58,403 bases of DNA, filler included, from Sphacelaria rigidula (GCA_964200075.2; 8 parts of 8 records of this genome joined end to end with filler, not necessarily neighbours in it); one strand, 5' to 3'. Positions 24,699-37,304 are shown, counted from the first letter of the whole stretch. Made by a program: numbers and translations. Notes: generated by a model not told the origin, from the letters alone.

Positions 24699-24893
24699 TT
24701 CATTTTTTCAAACGCCGACTACCCAATACTGCAGAAGTTGACATGTCTCAACTGTTTTAAACCGCCTCGTTCACCTCCCAACCTCCCCCCTCCCACACAC
24801 ACCCTTTCTCCTTCGGTTTTCCTGTCCCGGAACGTTCCTCGGCTAGAGCATTCGGGAACAACGGAACGATCGTCCGCCACAGAGGTTTCTCAC

Positions 24894-25046
24894 CATGACC
24901 CCGCATCGCTCGCCGCATGCCTCCACGTCTATTTTGGCGTCCTCGATTGCCAGCTTGGTCGCCGCCACGGCGAAGTGGGTGACCCTGTCGTTACTGCGAA
25001 CGTTCTTCTTGTTGGTGAAATACGACGATGCGTCAAAGTCTTTGAC
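24894..25046 (-). CDS. fabF: 3-oxoacyl-[ACP] synthase (KAS, FabF-type), internal exon
   Basis: AG|GTC acceptor and ATG|GTGAGA donor; VKDFDASSYFTNKKNVRSNDRVTHFAVAATKLAIEDAKIDVEACGERCGVM continues the previous exon in phase 0. Confidence 0.9.
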
Positions 25047-25299
25047 CTGTGTGTTGTTGAATGTGCGCAAGTTTAATGCGCGCGTTTGAAGAGATATAGT
25101 AGAGATTGCGCTCTTTTATTAATTTATTTTTGGGGGGGGGTATTTCTTCTGTATAAAAACAAGCGGAGTCGTAGTTATTGTTCAGATAGAGAGGAAAAAG
25201 TTTAAGCACTAAGGTTTTGAGTGTATGTCCATGTCGTGAGGAGGGGGAAAGGGGAAAGGGGAAAGAGGGGGGGGGCGCGTACTCATTTGTTGCTTGCCT

Positions 25300-26175
25300 T
25301 AGTCGTTTGACCATTGACCACGCATCCCTTCCGAGACGGAGCACCGTTCCTAATCCTAATAGAGACACCTTCAACAGTAGGTGCTCATTACGTTTCTTCC
25401 ATACACTACACAAAACCTCGTACACATCTTCTCCCCGTCCTGTTTCTCCGTCTGTGGTCAACCTCTATTCCCTAGTGTAGCCCTCGTTTCCTCGTTGCTG
25501 TGTTGTCGTCCTATCTACTATTTAGTGCATCAAACGATTCATGCCATCTTTTCACGTCCAGCATTTCCCCTCCAGCACGTCCCGTTCCTCCTTGTATAGT
25601 TCACATTTTGCCACTATATGACTTCTGCCCTCCATAGCTTTGTCACAGGGGCACTTCCGTGTATCTACTTCCTCCTCTCGATGACTGGTATATCTCTTTC
25701 TTCTTTTTGACAGGTCCAGGTCCCCCGCTCGAAATCGCGGTTTCAAGTTTTCGCGGAGTCCATTGGGCCATGCAGATATGTTTTTATTCATATCCCCTCT
25801 CTCAACCCCCCGTAAATCTTCAGGTGCTCTTCCTCGTCTACTTTCTGTCTTCGCGCTTCTTCCCCCTTTTTTCTACCGTTTCTCTTATTTTTACCCTGCA
25901 CCCTCCGCATTCATCTATATGCAGTTTCCTCCTGTGTCCTTCCATACTTCCTTGACTACGCTATCCCACCTTATTCCAGTCTGCCCTTTCGTCATTGTCT
26001 TCAGTGCAGCCCTATTAGCTATGGCTGGCAATCTCTTTCCTTGCACGTTCCTTGCGCTATATTGTCATTTCAATTTTCTCATGTATTTGTTTCAAGTGGG
26101 CACATTCCCAACCCTGCTAGGTTTTTACTTATTATGCAAGCATAATTTCTGGCATAATTCCACCTTGGTGGCATA
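25300..26175 (-). mobile_element. LINE 3' fragment (C-terminal zinc-knuckle region) inside the KAS intron
   Basis: RFRAGDLDL...KCPCDKAMEGRSHIVAKCELYKEERDVL: C-x-C...H-x4-C motif typical of LINE ORF2 C-termini; frameshifted. Confidence 0.75.
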
Positions 26176-27536
26176 AATAGCACAGCGTTTCAGCAAGTAG
26201 CACAATCGAGCATAAGTTTCCACCGTAAGGGTTGGCACACAGGTCGAAATGCTGGCCTGCTGCAATCTTTTGCGCGAAAAATCTGCTATCATCGACCGCA
26301 GGTCTGAAATACACGTATCCTTTGGAACTAGTCCTTCACTGACATTGATGACAGTACAAAACTGCCAGTCTGATAGTGATCGGTGGGTCAGTATCCGGTC
26401 GAAAAAGCATCCTTGTTGGATATTAAGAGCATAATCGAGCATGAATCGACGTTGCGAGCATAAATCGAGCATACATTGTGGTGAGATTACTAACATAAAA
26501 AAATGGCTTGACTAGCATGATAAGTAACGCCTAAATTCTGATCTCAATGCTGAGTTGCTCGTCGTTATCGAACATCCAAGTATTTAGCAGCTGTCATCTG
26601 TACTGTTCCCAGCTTCTTCAACTTCACGTCCCCCTATCAAACTTCTCCTGCATATTTCAGCTGAAGGGGGGCCGGAAGAGGACAACACACTTTGTGGGTA
26701 ATTTTGAAGGCGAAGGAACAATCATTAGTTCTACTGTGATCCCATGCCCATGGGAGGATTTTACGGATGTACTTCCCCTTTCTCTCGATACTTCGACCGC
26801 GGGTCCGAAAATGAGAGGGCTAGAAAATATGCCAATACTTTGAACAAATCTGATAAAAGCGTCGTCGTGTTGGTCAAGGATGAGTCGCATATATGGGAAC
26901 GATTGATGTATAGATAGGTGTATGGTACGGATTAGTTGATTGTCGCACATTCACTATTCAAAAGACAGATGTACAGTATCCCCCAAGGGCAAGAAAGAGA
27001 AGACTCTCGCTACAGGGAACTCTGGGGAAAAAGAAGAAAAAATAACAAAGAAAAAAAAGTAGCAATAAACAAAAGAAGAATCGAAAGAGTACGCCAAGCT
27101 AAATCACTAGTAGCAGCTTCGAGATCTGCTCTGCTGCAGCGAGTGATTCACGAACAGGAGGGATACCCGAACGCTTGACAGGCGACGCGGTGACAACACT
27201 GTACTACCGGTTATGAGTGCGAATTTACCAAGAAAAACCCTAATGGGGGCACATGCCATGATAAAAAAATACATACAGTAGCTTCGACATGGACGATCAT
27301 GCGACCGATTCTCTGGAGAAAAGGAGACAATATGCGAGCAAAGGTCGGCACAAATTGCATTTTTTTCCTACATACACCATGGAAGCTGTACGCTCTTAGC
27401 CGAATGACCCCCTCCCCCTACAGGATAGCTGTTGAGTACGAGAGTAGTGACTGAACCCTTTCCTCCCCTCCCCCCCCCGATAACCACAGGGGTACAAAAA
27501 AGGATGAGGGTTCACACAACGGAGCAAGAAGTTCAC

Positions 27537-27743
27537 CTCCGAGCCGATCTGGCACTTGAACGGCGCCGGGTCGAAGCGTTCGATGCGGTTAATAGAGCTC
27601 TCGCCGGCCAGCAAACCCTCCCAGAACTCCGCAACGCCCGTACCTACGCCAGACACCACCCCCAGTCCCGTCACCACCACCTTCTTCTCCCCGGCCGCCG
27701 ACATACGGACGCCACGGCTGGTCCCGGAGGCGTGGGCATATGT
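27537..27743 (-). CDS. fabF: 3-oxoacyl-[ACP] synthase (KAS, FabF-type), exon with the end of a presequence and the start of the mature protein
   Basis: CAG|ACA acceptor and GAG|GTGAAC donor; TYAHASGTSRGVRMSAAGEKKVVVTGLGVVSGVGTGVAEFWEGLLAGESSINRIERFDPAPFKCQIGSE is the classic ketoacyl-synthase N-terminus; first and later exons not identified in this contig. Confidence 0.9.
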
Positions 27744-30229
27744 CTGTGTTTACGGTGGGAGGAGGCACAGGACAAGTTCGCGCCGCCTTGCTTTGTATAC
27801 TCATTTTTTTTCTTGTTGAAAGATTCACACGGGAATAAGGCTAGCTGGTCAGCTCAAGGAATATGATAGTGTGCGGCCCCAGAAAAGGTATACCTTTTGT
27901 AGGTCATACTTGGTTTACTTCGTACTTTACTTCATGCACTGAACAACTCCGCTGTACCAGGAAATGCGCACTCTACGAGTAGCTCACGTCTGACAGACGA
28001 ATATGATGCAGTTATATCTCGTGTACAGATCAAGTTGCCCTACTGCGACCAATTACACTTCCCACCAACCACCTTTAGTATTGAAGGCCAAATGTTATAA
28101 ATTCGTACACAGTCGTGTGGGGGCATGCGCAGAACGACTGTGACCTTGATAAGTGGCTGTTTGTAACAATGGCTGACGGACCGATACATCATCGGTCAGT
28201 TTGGGTGGAATAGTGACTTCGAATCCCCGCGATAGCAATAGTGTATTTTAAACGTTTCCGTCGTGGAAAGCGTGAGTACATGGGTTACCTCCGAATTCCA
28301 CGGTAGTCGACGGGATACGAGAGTGCCGACAGTTATGACGCAATGTCCAATATCAGATTGCGAGGTTGGTGCAGGGGGGGGAAAGATGAGTTGACACCTC
28401 GCGACCACTGCAAAACTCGTCCTTGAGAAAAAACTGCGGGCTCTTCATTTTCTGCTCCTTGTTTCCCCTGCACTATAATACTTACTGTACCTGTTCAAAA
28501 GACATATCAAATTTCGTCAACACCACACTCGGATATATGAATCGGTTGATAAACTTCACGAAACCCCTAACCGACGAGATTGTAATTTGAATGAATCCTG
28601 ATCCGTTCCACTATTCCCATACCTAGCCCTCGTCCTGTAAAAACGGGGGCCGGGTGTTCGCCGTACGTCGCCGCTATGCGTCTTGTCTCAAGTTTTATTT
28701 ATACATCATGTGTACCACCGACGGCGAGCGGAAACAGGTTGAATGCACGATTTCTTGTGTTGTTCCGCTGCTTGCCGTGTGCTACCAACACATGAGACGT
28801 ACATATGGACAGACAAAGTCTACTACACGCTGGCCACACTCGTTTTCCGAATCCCACACCGTTATTGCCACTTGACCGGTAGGTACACCACAAGGTGGGT
28901 GCACACGTATGGGAGCCAACGGTCGGATACGTGAGGAATCACACTGTTTTTTGAACGCGTGATTCAGGAGGTTCCCTGCCCCTCCCCCCTAGCTGGGTGT
29001 GGGGAGCGGGAGTACATAATGTAACAAAATTCGAAAGCAACTGCAAAGACGGGTGCTTTTTTTGTGGTATTTTTATTTGGGGGGGGGGGGTGTACTCATG
29101 ATCATGCATGCCATAGTCATCAGACCATTGACCTCGCATCCCTACAAAGCCGGNNNNNNNNNNNNNNNNNNNNNNNNNNNNNNNNNNNNNNNNNNNNTTA
29201 ATTAATTAANNNNNNNNNNNNNNNNNNNNNNNNNNNNNNNNNNNNNNNNNNNNTGATTATCTTGCATTTGGATGACAGCCAACAATAAGCTGCTTTATTC
29301 TGTGGCATCGCCACTTCCAGAGACAGCCACAGCTTTTACACTGCCTCACGGGTGTCTAACCAGTGGACATCGAGGTGGGGGGGAGGGGGGGTAATATCCC
29401 GCTGATCCGAGTCGCTTCCGACGAACACAGTCGAACTTTTTTTGCTGTGGACTTGTGCCACTTCGTTGCAACCCATCTTCCACTCTTTTTCATGTTGGAA
29501 GGCGCCAGCAACAAGCATGTTTCGCGACATTTGCGTGGCAGTCTTCTTGCGCTGACCGCCGTGAAGTTTGCGGTCGCTGCAACCGAGCCGAGCCTTGTCT
29601 GACCCGCGGTCACTCTCGACTAAAGTAATCGCAGTCGACAATGGTATTGAGCGTGCGAGCCTTGGTGTAAACTGCTGCTTAATTGTGTTGGTGGTCAGGA
29701 AACGCTCATTGGCAAGCAAAAAGACTACTACGCGAACAATATCCAAACACTGTTGTGCATTGTACATTCGTGAACAAGCTAAGTTGGGGACCCTGTGTGG
29801 AATACGCCACCCGCACGACTGCCTACTTAGACTACGGGGGCCTCCAAGGATTACAAGGGAACCGCCTTTCCGCGTGCCTCAAACGTCCACGCTGGCTCCT
29901 AGGTGGCAGGATAGATTTGTCCGCCTGCCCCGCTGCGCTGTCGACCGAATAAGACCTGCCACGCTTTTTGCGACCCTTACGTCCCCGCCCACCCCCTCCC
30001 GTGCTATCTTCTTGTTCTTCGTCCTCTTCTTTTTTTTCTCCCTCGTCCTCCTCGTCTTCCTCACCAGTATTATCCACGCTGCCATTTCGGGACCCGCCTC
30101 ACTTTCAGCTCCCGTCTCACGCTGCCGTCGCCCGTTGTGTTGTGGTTCCATCAACCCCGTCGCCCTATTATCGTGTGCCGTTTTGTGCGGCCTACCCCTT
30201 TCGCTCACAGACTTTGGCTTCGAAGATTG

Positions 30230-32880
30230 ATTGAAAACGACTGGTACAAGCTGTTTTCCCGCGTCTGACACAGTGTACTCCTTGACGAAAGCCTTGGCCT
30301 CGTCGTCGCTCTGGAGCAGGGCGCACTTGACCGCGTGTTCCACAGCGACATCATCGCCCATACCATATTCCTGAATGTAATGTGGCTGCGCACAAAACTG
30401 ACACAGCATGGGCAGGTTGGTGCAGGGGGTTGACCTCCTCGACACTTTTGCCGAAGAGAGACGCAGATGTACCTCCTCGCCCCGCATGTCCCCCCTGGGC
30501 GCGTAACGACAGTCGGACAGTACTGTTCCGATCTGATAACGCTTCGTGGGAACCTTGATGAAAAAACAGCGCTACCCCGACCGATCACGAGATCCGAAAA
30601 CATTCCTTTTCCATAACTCCTCGTGATGAAGCATGTGGCCTCTGACATGGTGGCGCATTTTTGCACTCGTCACCTCGACCGCACAGATTGCGCACTCGAG
30701 GTGCTGTCTGTACGAAACACGGAGGCCCGACACCGCAACTACCGTTATCTGACGGCTAATCAATCTGAAGAAGAAGAAGGGCACACATACTCGAAGCGGG
30801 TTGAGGAGGGGCGACTGCGGCAGTTCAACCTCAGGAAGCAGGTGATGCGGATAGCAAATCACCTAGATACAATGAAGCGCTTTTTGCTGTTCCTCAGCAA
30901 GAACGACGTGCTGGGACTGCGGCGACACATGGCACTCCATTGTATCTAGGTGATTTGCTATCCGCATCACCTGCTTCCTGAGGTTGAACTGCCGCAGTCG
31001 CCCCTCCTCAACCCGCTTCGAGTATGTGTGCCCTTCTTCTTCTTCAGATTGATTACCCGTCAGATAACGGTAGTTGCGGTGTCGGGCCTCCGTGTTTCGT
31101 ACGGGCAGCATAGTCCGATCGCAGATGCCTGGCAATGGCATCGTATGCGATAATTGTGCTGTTGCTCAGGCGAGAACATATACTATGCTGCAGCTGACCT
31201 CCAGAAAATCGTCAGGTTCCGCGCTTTTGTCCACACGAATGTTTGCTGCTCTTCACCACCATTTGCGCCCTGGCCATATGACACAGCAACAAAAAGCGGT
31301 GATTGTTCCTTTCAACGTTTGAGCAATCCTTGTTAACCCGATGAGGTAGGTGCTCGGCGAGATTCCGAGTGAGCGTAACACATTCAAACGCTGTGATGAC
31401 AAAGGGGACCATATTTTTTCGCGCACTTTTTTCGCGTTCGAACATCTGAGGTGTCGATACCACCACACGCACGCATCAATGGGAAAGCTTACTTGTGCTC
31501 CTCCAAGTCTCTTGTGTCTTTCAACGAAGGCTTCAGTCAGTCTTGTCACATCTTTGCCGAAGACATGCTCGCACGAGCAAGTCCACTCGCCGGCAGCGTT
31601 CTTTGTTGCAACGGTAGCGATCGCAACCTCGGCTTCCTGAGGCTTTATCGCGTTCCTGCCGCACATGTTCGAAACAACACGCAAGTCACACCGTTCAAGA
31701 TATGAAATTACAACTTCCAGGTAAGGGTGCAAATGCATACCTTGGGCATGGGGTTGGTTCATCAGCGTACTACTCCCTGCGCCGCCTAACCTGGACGATA
31801 TAAACGGATGGCTATTTCATGGAAAAAGTGGAGGAGCTAAATCGTGTGGAATTCATTCAGATCCTGAAAAACAGAACGTACCTGTGCCTAGCAGACGCCT
31901 CGTGCTGTTTCAGCTGAGCCTCTCCCATTCCCGTGCCCGCAGTCTGGAAAGGCTGCTTGCAAACCTTGCACTCCATTTTTCCCGATTCCGTCTCTCGCAG
32001 AAGTCTCACGATGAGCGCTGCAACCGTCTCCTTTGCAGCAGATCTTGCCTCTCTGCTGGTGATGGTGCTGGTGGAGTTGGCAAATCCGGGGGATGATGGT
32101 GCGGCAGGCTAATCGCTTTTCGCCTTGACATTTTCTGCGTGTTAACGGCACGTCAACCAAGCGACCTCTGATTTTCTGGTGTGCCAGAGACACGAGAATT
32201 TCGTTTTCGGAATGACAATCAACGCCGATACGTTACCCGATTCGAACGAATTGAGAACTTAGATTGGAATGGAGGTAGGCTGTAATGCAGCGTGCGTAAC
32301 ACGTTGACCTGTCAGATAATATGGTTCGACAACTACGCCGGGTCTCAGACAACCAACCTCCTGCAAAGGTAAAATTTGTACCGAAGTATATCTCGCCGCG
32401 AGCGGGTACTAGCAGTTCGGCGTGGCCGAAAATGGCTCCGCGGCAGTGTGTTTTGTGAGACCTAACACAACAAGCTCCTACAAACAAAAACCACTGCACC
32501 TGGCATACGTTGATGTCACATTGCCATTTCGTATCACTGCACTCCCTGTAATCTAACGTTGGTGCGGTGTTGGCTGCGCATGTACCCATGTTGTCCCACT
32601 CTGGTGTACCACCAGTACATGCACTGTTCAGTGCTTGCTTGTTTTGCTGCTAACGACACCGAAACAAGCTCACCTTGCATCGGATGTGTTGGCATTCCCA
32701 GCTGCTACGCTTTCCTCCCCTGCCTGTGAAGCGCCTCCACCAGCCGAACTACCAACCTCTGTTGCGGCGCTGGTATCGGCCATCCTCTCGGCTGGCACAA
32801 TTTGATTGCGGTCTTCAGCACACACTTTTGACTTTAGATGCAGACGCAGGATTTTCCTGTTCTTCATCTCATTTCCTTCA
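30230..32880 (-). pseudogene. Decayed, apparently spliced Cys/His-rich (zinc-finger) gene, possibly transposon-derived
   Basis: CKVCKQPF...LKQHEASARH (C2H2-like, ~31970-31883, ends at a GT donor); CAIC...MRHHVRGH...STPCTNLPMLCQFC...EH read through one stop (30700-30330); GT donor at 32673; interrupted by the 30702-31110 hairpin. Confidence 0.45.
30702..31110. repeat. Near-perfect inverted repeat, ~179-bp arms and ~50-bp loop
   Basis: 30702-30880 vs 30931-31110, about 5 mismatches counted by eye; no TSD. Confidence 0.95.
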
Positions 32881-33199
32881 CATTAGTTTGCATAATCAGC
32901 AAAGCCCGTTGGTCATGGAGTACACATACGACCATACAATGTACGCATCCATATTAGATATATACATAAATACGTACACGTATCATACATCTCTCACTGT
33001 AAAAGACAAACTGCGTCTCACAACTCAAGCTCTACCCAATATTTCAAGCGATGTTAAAGAGGACCACACTCGCCGGAAGGTGTACAATCTGTACTGGTCG
33101 GTGTCCAGCTTCGGCACGTGTTGGTGTTTGACCTCGCTCCAGTGTCGATACAATTATCAAATGTTATACAACTATACACCATAATCAAGTATTCGACTA

Positions 33200-33295
33200 C
33201 CACACTAAATTTAAGTAGCTGCTAGCCACACTAAATTTAAGTAGTTCACAACCACACCAAGTTCAAGTAGTCTACTACGACACTAAATTCAGGTA
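33200..33295. repeat. Minisatellite of four ~25-bp units (ccacactaaatttaagtag core)
   Basis: Direct inspection. Confidence 0.7.
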
Positions 33296-34630
33296 ATTAG
33301 CACAGACCTGCCGCCCGGCGCCCAACCTGCCCCTCCCAACCCCACCGAACCCTCTTTTTCTCGATTTTTTCAACGATTGGGGGTGATGTTCCTTTTAAAA
33401 TAAAATTGATGTATCCCTGACTGTGCGCATTATATTCTGTTGCGAAGATTGTGGTCCAACGAATCCCTCAGAACATGTGTAGGATATAGTAAAACCATAC
33501 AAAATGAAAAGCCCTAAAATATCGGTTACATGAATATGCGGATGAATACTGCACTGATACACTCTTGGATGGTATCCCTTCAAAAACAGCACAATGCGCT
33601 TATAATCGGCCGTGATTAGTTTCGACTCATTGCCATCAACAAGAGGCGCTGCTGCCCTGACATCATGCTAGAAGTTGCACCTGTCATTGTGACGCGTCCC
33701 CATACAGATAGGTGCACTGTGCTGTATAGAGGATTGCGCTGTACTTTGTCCTACTGCTGTACTGGGTGAGACCTTGATGATGAGCGCCATACTCAATATC
33801 AACGACCAACCCACAGAACGTGCTTGTTGTCTTTGGTACGTTCCCAACTCCGAAATGTTTCAGTGCGAAATATGACAAGAACTACCATCGCCAATCAGAC
33901 CGGAGTACCGACGAAACTACTGAACACGAAAATAGGTGAGAGATGCAAAAGGCAAAAAACAACAGCAACCCGGGAATTTTGATTTGAGCACGACGAATGT
34001 GTCATGTATCAAGGTCACCTTTCGTATGGGCGTGGATTTTTTTCTCACCTAGAATTTTTTGAAAACCCCATTGGCACATGTTGTGAATTTTTGGTGTTCC
34101 CATGCTGCTGTGCCAAGCCGATATCCTTACAGTACAAAACTCCTCACATAAAGCTCACACCGGCGGCCGTCACCCAGAAAACGCCTCGAGCAGAAGATGA
34201 CAAGATGAAGAAATGTCCAGGATTCGTAACAAACCCCTGGATCAAGCGCCGGTGCGCTCACGTTTGAGCCACACGCACATCACTGCAAAGCGGGGATTGG
34301 CTGTACTTTTGCACAAGGCCCTTTCCACAGAAGCCATGTTACAGAGGTGGGCCATTTCTAGTTTCTTTGTCCTTGTTTTGTTTCGTTTCCTTCCCCTGCC
34401 TTTCCTTGCCTTCGTTTTCCTAGTCTACTCTGTTCCACTTTTTATATTTTATTCACTCTTGGTCAGCGGGTGTTCCCTTATCTAGAGTATATTGACCATG
34501 TGACCACGGCTGGATCTCTGAGGGATCAGTTAGCGTGCGACAACCATGATCATCATTATCATCATCAGTCCGTGCGATTATGTCGGGTGGGATGGAAACT
34601 ACCATGAGCGGTGAGCGTGCGACCACCGTA

Positions 34631-34700
34631 CGTGGTATGATATGTACCAAGCATTTACAAGCCGTCGTGGTATGATATGTACCAAGCATTTACAAGCCGT
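34631..34700. repeat. Perfect 35-bp tandem duplication
   Basis: cgtggtatgatatgtaccaagcatttacaagccgt x2. Confidence 0.9.
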
Positions 34701-35711
34701 AGCCCACGGGTGGAACAGTTGTGCTGACGGAGCTCTCTGCAGACCGAGCCGCGCTATGCTGTGTGATACAGACACCACAAAGACGCCTGGCCATCCTCTG
34801 TTACGGGCTCCGGAAGATGTCGCACGGTACTACAGTACACGAATCTGAGCGCTCTTGTGCTAGTGCGGACGGTACTACACGGTCACTTGCGCATGTCAGA
34901 CGGCCGCAAAAATAGGTTGTTCCCGTGACGGCGGCAAACTGAACTGCACACATACACAGCTTGTTGCACGCTGCGGTTGGAGTTCTGGTAGCTGCTCCCA
35001 CGCCTCCGCCGCGGGACTTGTGCTATCACAGACAAGACGGTATCTTACACATTACATATTGATTTTGTGTTGTGGATGAACCTTGGGGACGTTCAGACGC
35101 ATCGAAATATTTCCGGGATGAGAAGGCACGTCCACTCACTCTCCGGCCATGATGTGTTGCCGCGCTCATCCTCAAAAGCGCCCATCCACATGTTTTTAAA
35201 ATCCCGCGTTGAATCCCGAACAATTTTGGCCTCCGTTCATTTCCGTACAAAAACATGTTCTTACTAGTCGAAAAATTGCTGGCGGCTTTTCTTCTAGGGT
35301 AATCATAGCCGTACATCACGGCCCGATGGGAATTTGCACGTTATTTTTGAGCAAATTTCGATACTTATAAACGTTCCCATGACTCATTCCAAAGGACAAA
35401 TTCATCTTGAACATGTACATCCCGTGTTACCTGTCGCGTGGCAGCTCGCTCGGGATGATTTGATGATCAGTGGCACCGTTTCGACCGATGAGTGAAGCTA
35501 CCGGCGACCGACGCTTTCGTTTTCACACGTCGGAAAACTTAACTCACCTCAACTTGAGTTCACTCGTTTTGGGATGAAACAGCGCTGTGCTATACCGTAT
35601 TGTATATCTTCGCGGTACCATTTTTTTACTGGATGAGCAGTCTTGTTCCTTTTCCATAATATGCTCGCATTTCCATCGGAGGCGTGACAGGATTTGAACA
35701 TTTCAGTCGAC

Positions 35712-36075
35712 TCAGTCATGGTCCGCAGGTTCAATTATCTTGTGCTCAGAGGGGAGGTTATCGTGCGAAGAGGAGTGGTCACTGTCAGCACGAGCAGCTG
35801 GCGTCACCGGCGACCCCCCGTGGTGGAGAAAGCGGCATAACGCACGAGATCCGTCACAGCACACATCGCAAGCCATTGTCGCTGAAACGAGATCCGTGTC
35901 CGGGAGTGCAGGGCAGAGTTGGTGCAGGGTTCTTTACAGACCTGCCCTACCCCACGCGCTCTGGTCGCAAATCACATATGGTATATACTGCTTGCGCACT
36001 GTGCGGGACTGCGTACCAACCGCAGCAGTGACGCCTTGGGCGGTACTACCTGCTCACTGCATAGCGGCAGGGTAT
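35712..36075. repeat. Dispersed repeat, second copy at ~41575-41940
   Basis: Shared aattatcttgtgctcagag...cgcacgagatccgtcacagcaca...agtgacgccttgggcggtactacctgctcactgca. Confidence 0.85.
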
Positions 36076-36821
36076 CGGTGACACAGCACACCGTAGCACG
36101 TCACATCCTTAGCCTAGCCCTGCGCTTTTTGAGTCGCCGCCGTCTGATGAAGTTCGCCACATATGAACGCAGACGCTTGGGCTGTGGTCCATGTGTACGT
36201 GGGATCACCCCTTGCTACGACCTTGTCCATGGTGTGATATAGTCCCACATGAAATGTTGCGCGGAGAGATCGTGAAACAATCCGCAACATATGAGCGAAG
36301 TGAAAGTGGGACAATCGCCAAAATAACCACGTCAAGCACCGTACTCCAAGTTGATGCCGCCAGAGGAATACCGCTACAACCACGTTGCTGGTTGCCAAGC
36401 TGTCAGCACGCTGTGTCCGGAAGTTGTGGTGCTACCTGCAAGTAGACGTTGCCACCTTGCCAGGTANNNNNNNNNNNNNNNNNNNNNNNNNNNNNNNNNN
36501 NNNNNNNNNNTTAATTAATTAANNNNNNNNNNNNNNNNNNNNNNNNNNNNNNNNNNNNNNNNNNNNGCTCAGGCAAGACGAAGAGACGACGGAAACTCTC
36601 CGTAGCTTGGTGTTTCGGGACATGGAAAATTTGGCATGAATATTGATGCCGATTCAGCAGGTGACCTACTCTCGCGGTCTGACGGTCAAGTCCTCCTGCG
36701 GAGTTCGGGGGGGGAAGATACTTTTGCTCTGTGTTATTCTTTCGTATCTTCCCTGCAAGAGAGAAATGCGACTTCAGCCCCATTTTAGTGTTGAACCCCA
36801 AAATTTAAAATCGGCTGTTAA

Positions 36822-36919
36822 CCCTTAGACCGCGAAGTTAGTCTTCTGTTGAATCGGCATCAATTTCAAGCGAAACAAAGTATGCATGATCCAGAAAGAC
36901 TTATCTCGCGGTCTAAGGG
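36822..36919. mobile_element. 98-bp piggyBac-type MITE
   Basis: TTAA|CCCTTAGACCGCGA ... TCGCGGTCTAAGGG|TTAA: perfect 14-bp TIR, CCC termini, TTAA TSD. Confidence 0.9.
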
Positions 36920-37099
36920 TTAAGTCATCCCACGTAGTACCCGGAACTCAAACAGGTATGTACTATTGTACCATATCCTGACAAGGTGTATCTCACTGAC
37001 TACCCCAGGCCATCCTACGAACAATCTCCACCCTTTCGGAGCCACCGATAGATCTACGGACGACAACCGCCAGACATTCAGAATTGACCGCGTCCTATG

Positions 37100-37304
37100 T
37101 GTAATGCGTGAGAGGACCGCGTGCTTAGAGGACCGCATCGGAATTTGAACATCCCTATGGTTAGGGTTAGGGTTAGGGTTAGGGTTATGGTCAGGGGTGT
37201 GGTACCTGCAGGGACTGGCCCGATTGGTTTTGAAAAACATCGATCCTGCGGTGTTTTGAACTACGGCGCGGTTCTCTAAGCACGCGGTCCTCTCACGCAT
37301 TACA
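37100..37304 (-). mobile_element. Telomeric-repeat MITE, copy 5
   Basis: Near-perfect 37-bp TIRs; gg(ttaggg)4tta at ~37159-37187; perfect 5-bp TSD ctatg. Confidence 0.95.

Noticed and set aside
14628-24890. Further KAS exons downstream of 24894
   Set aside because: No ketoacyl-synthase motifs recognised in 21941-24890, and sequence below 21841 belongs to unrelated contigs.
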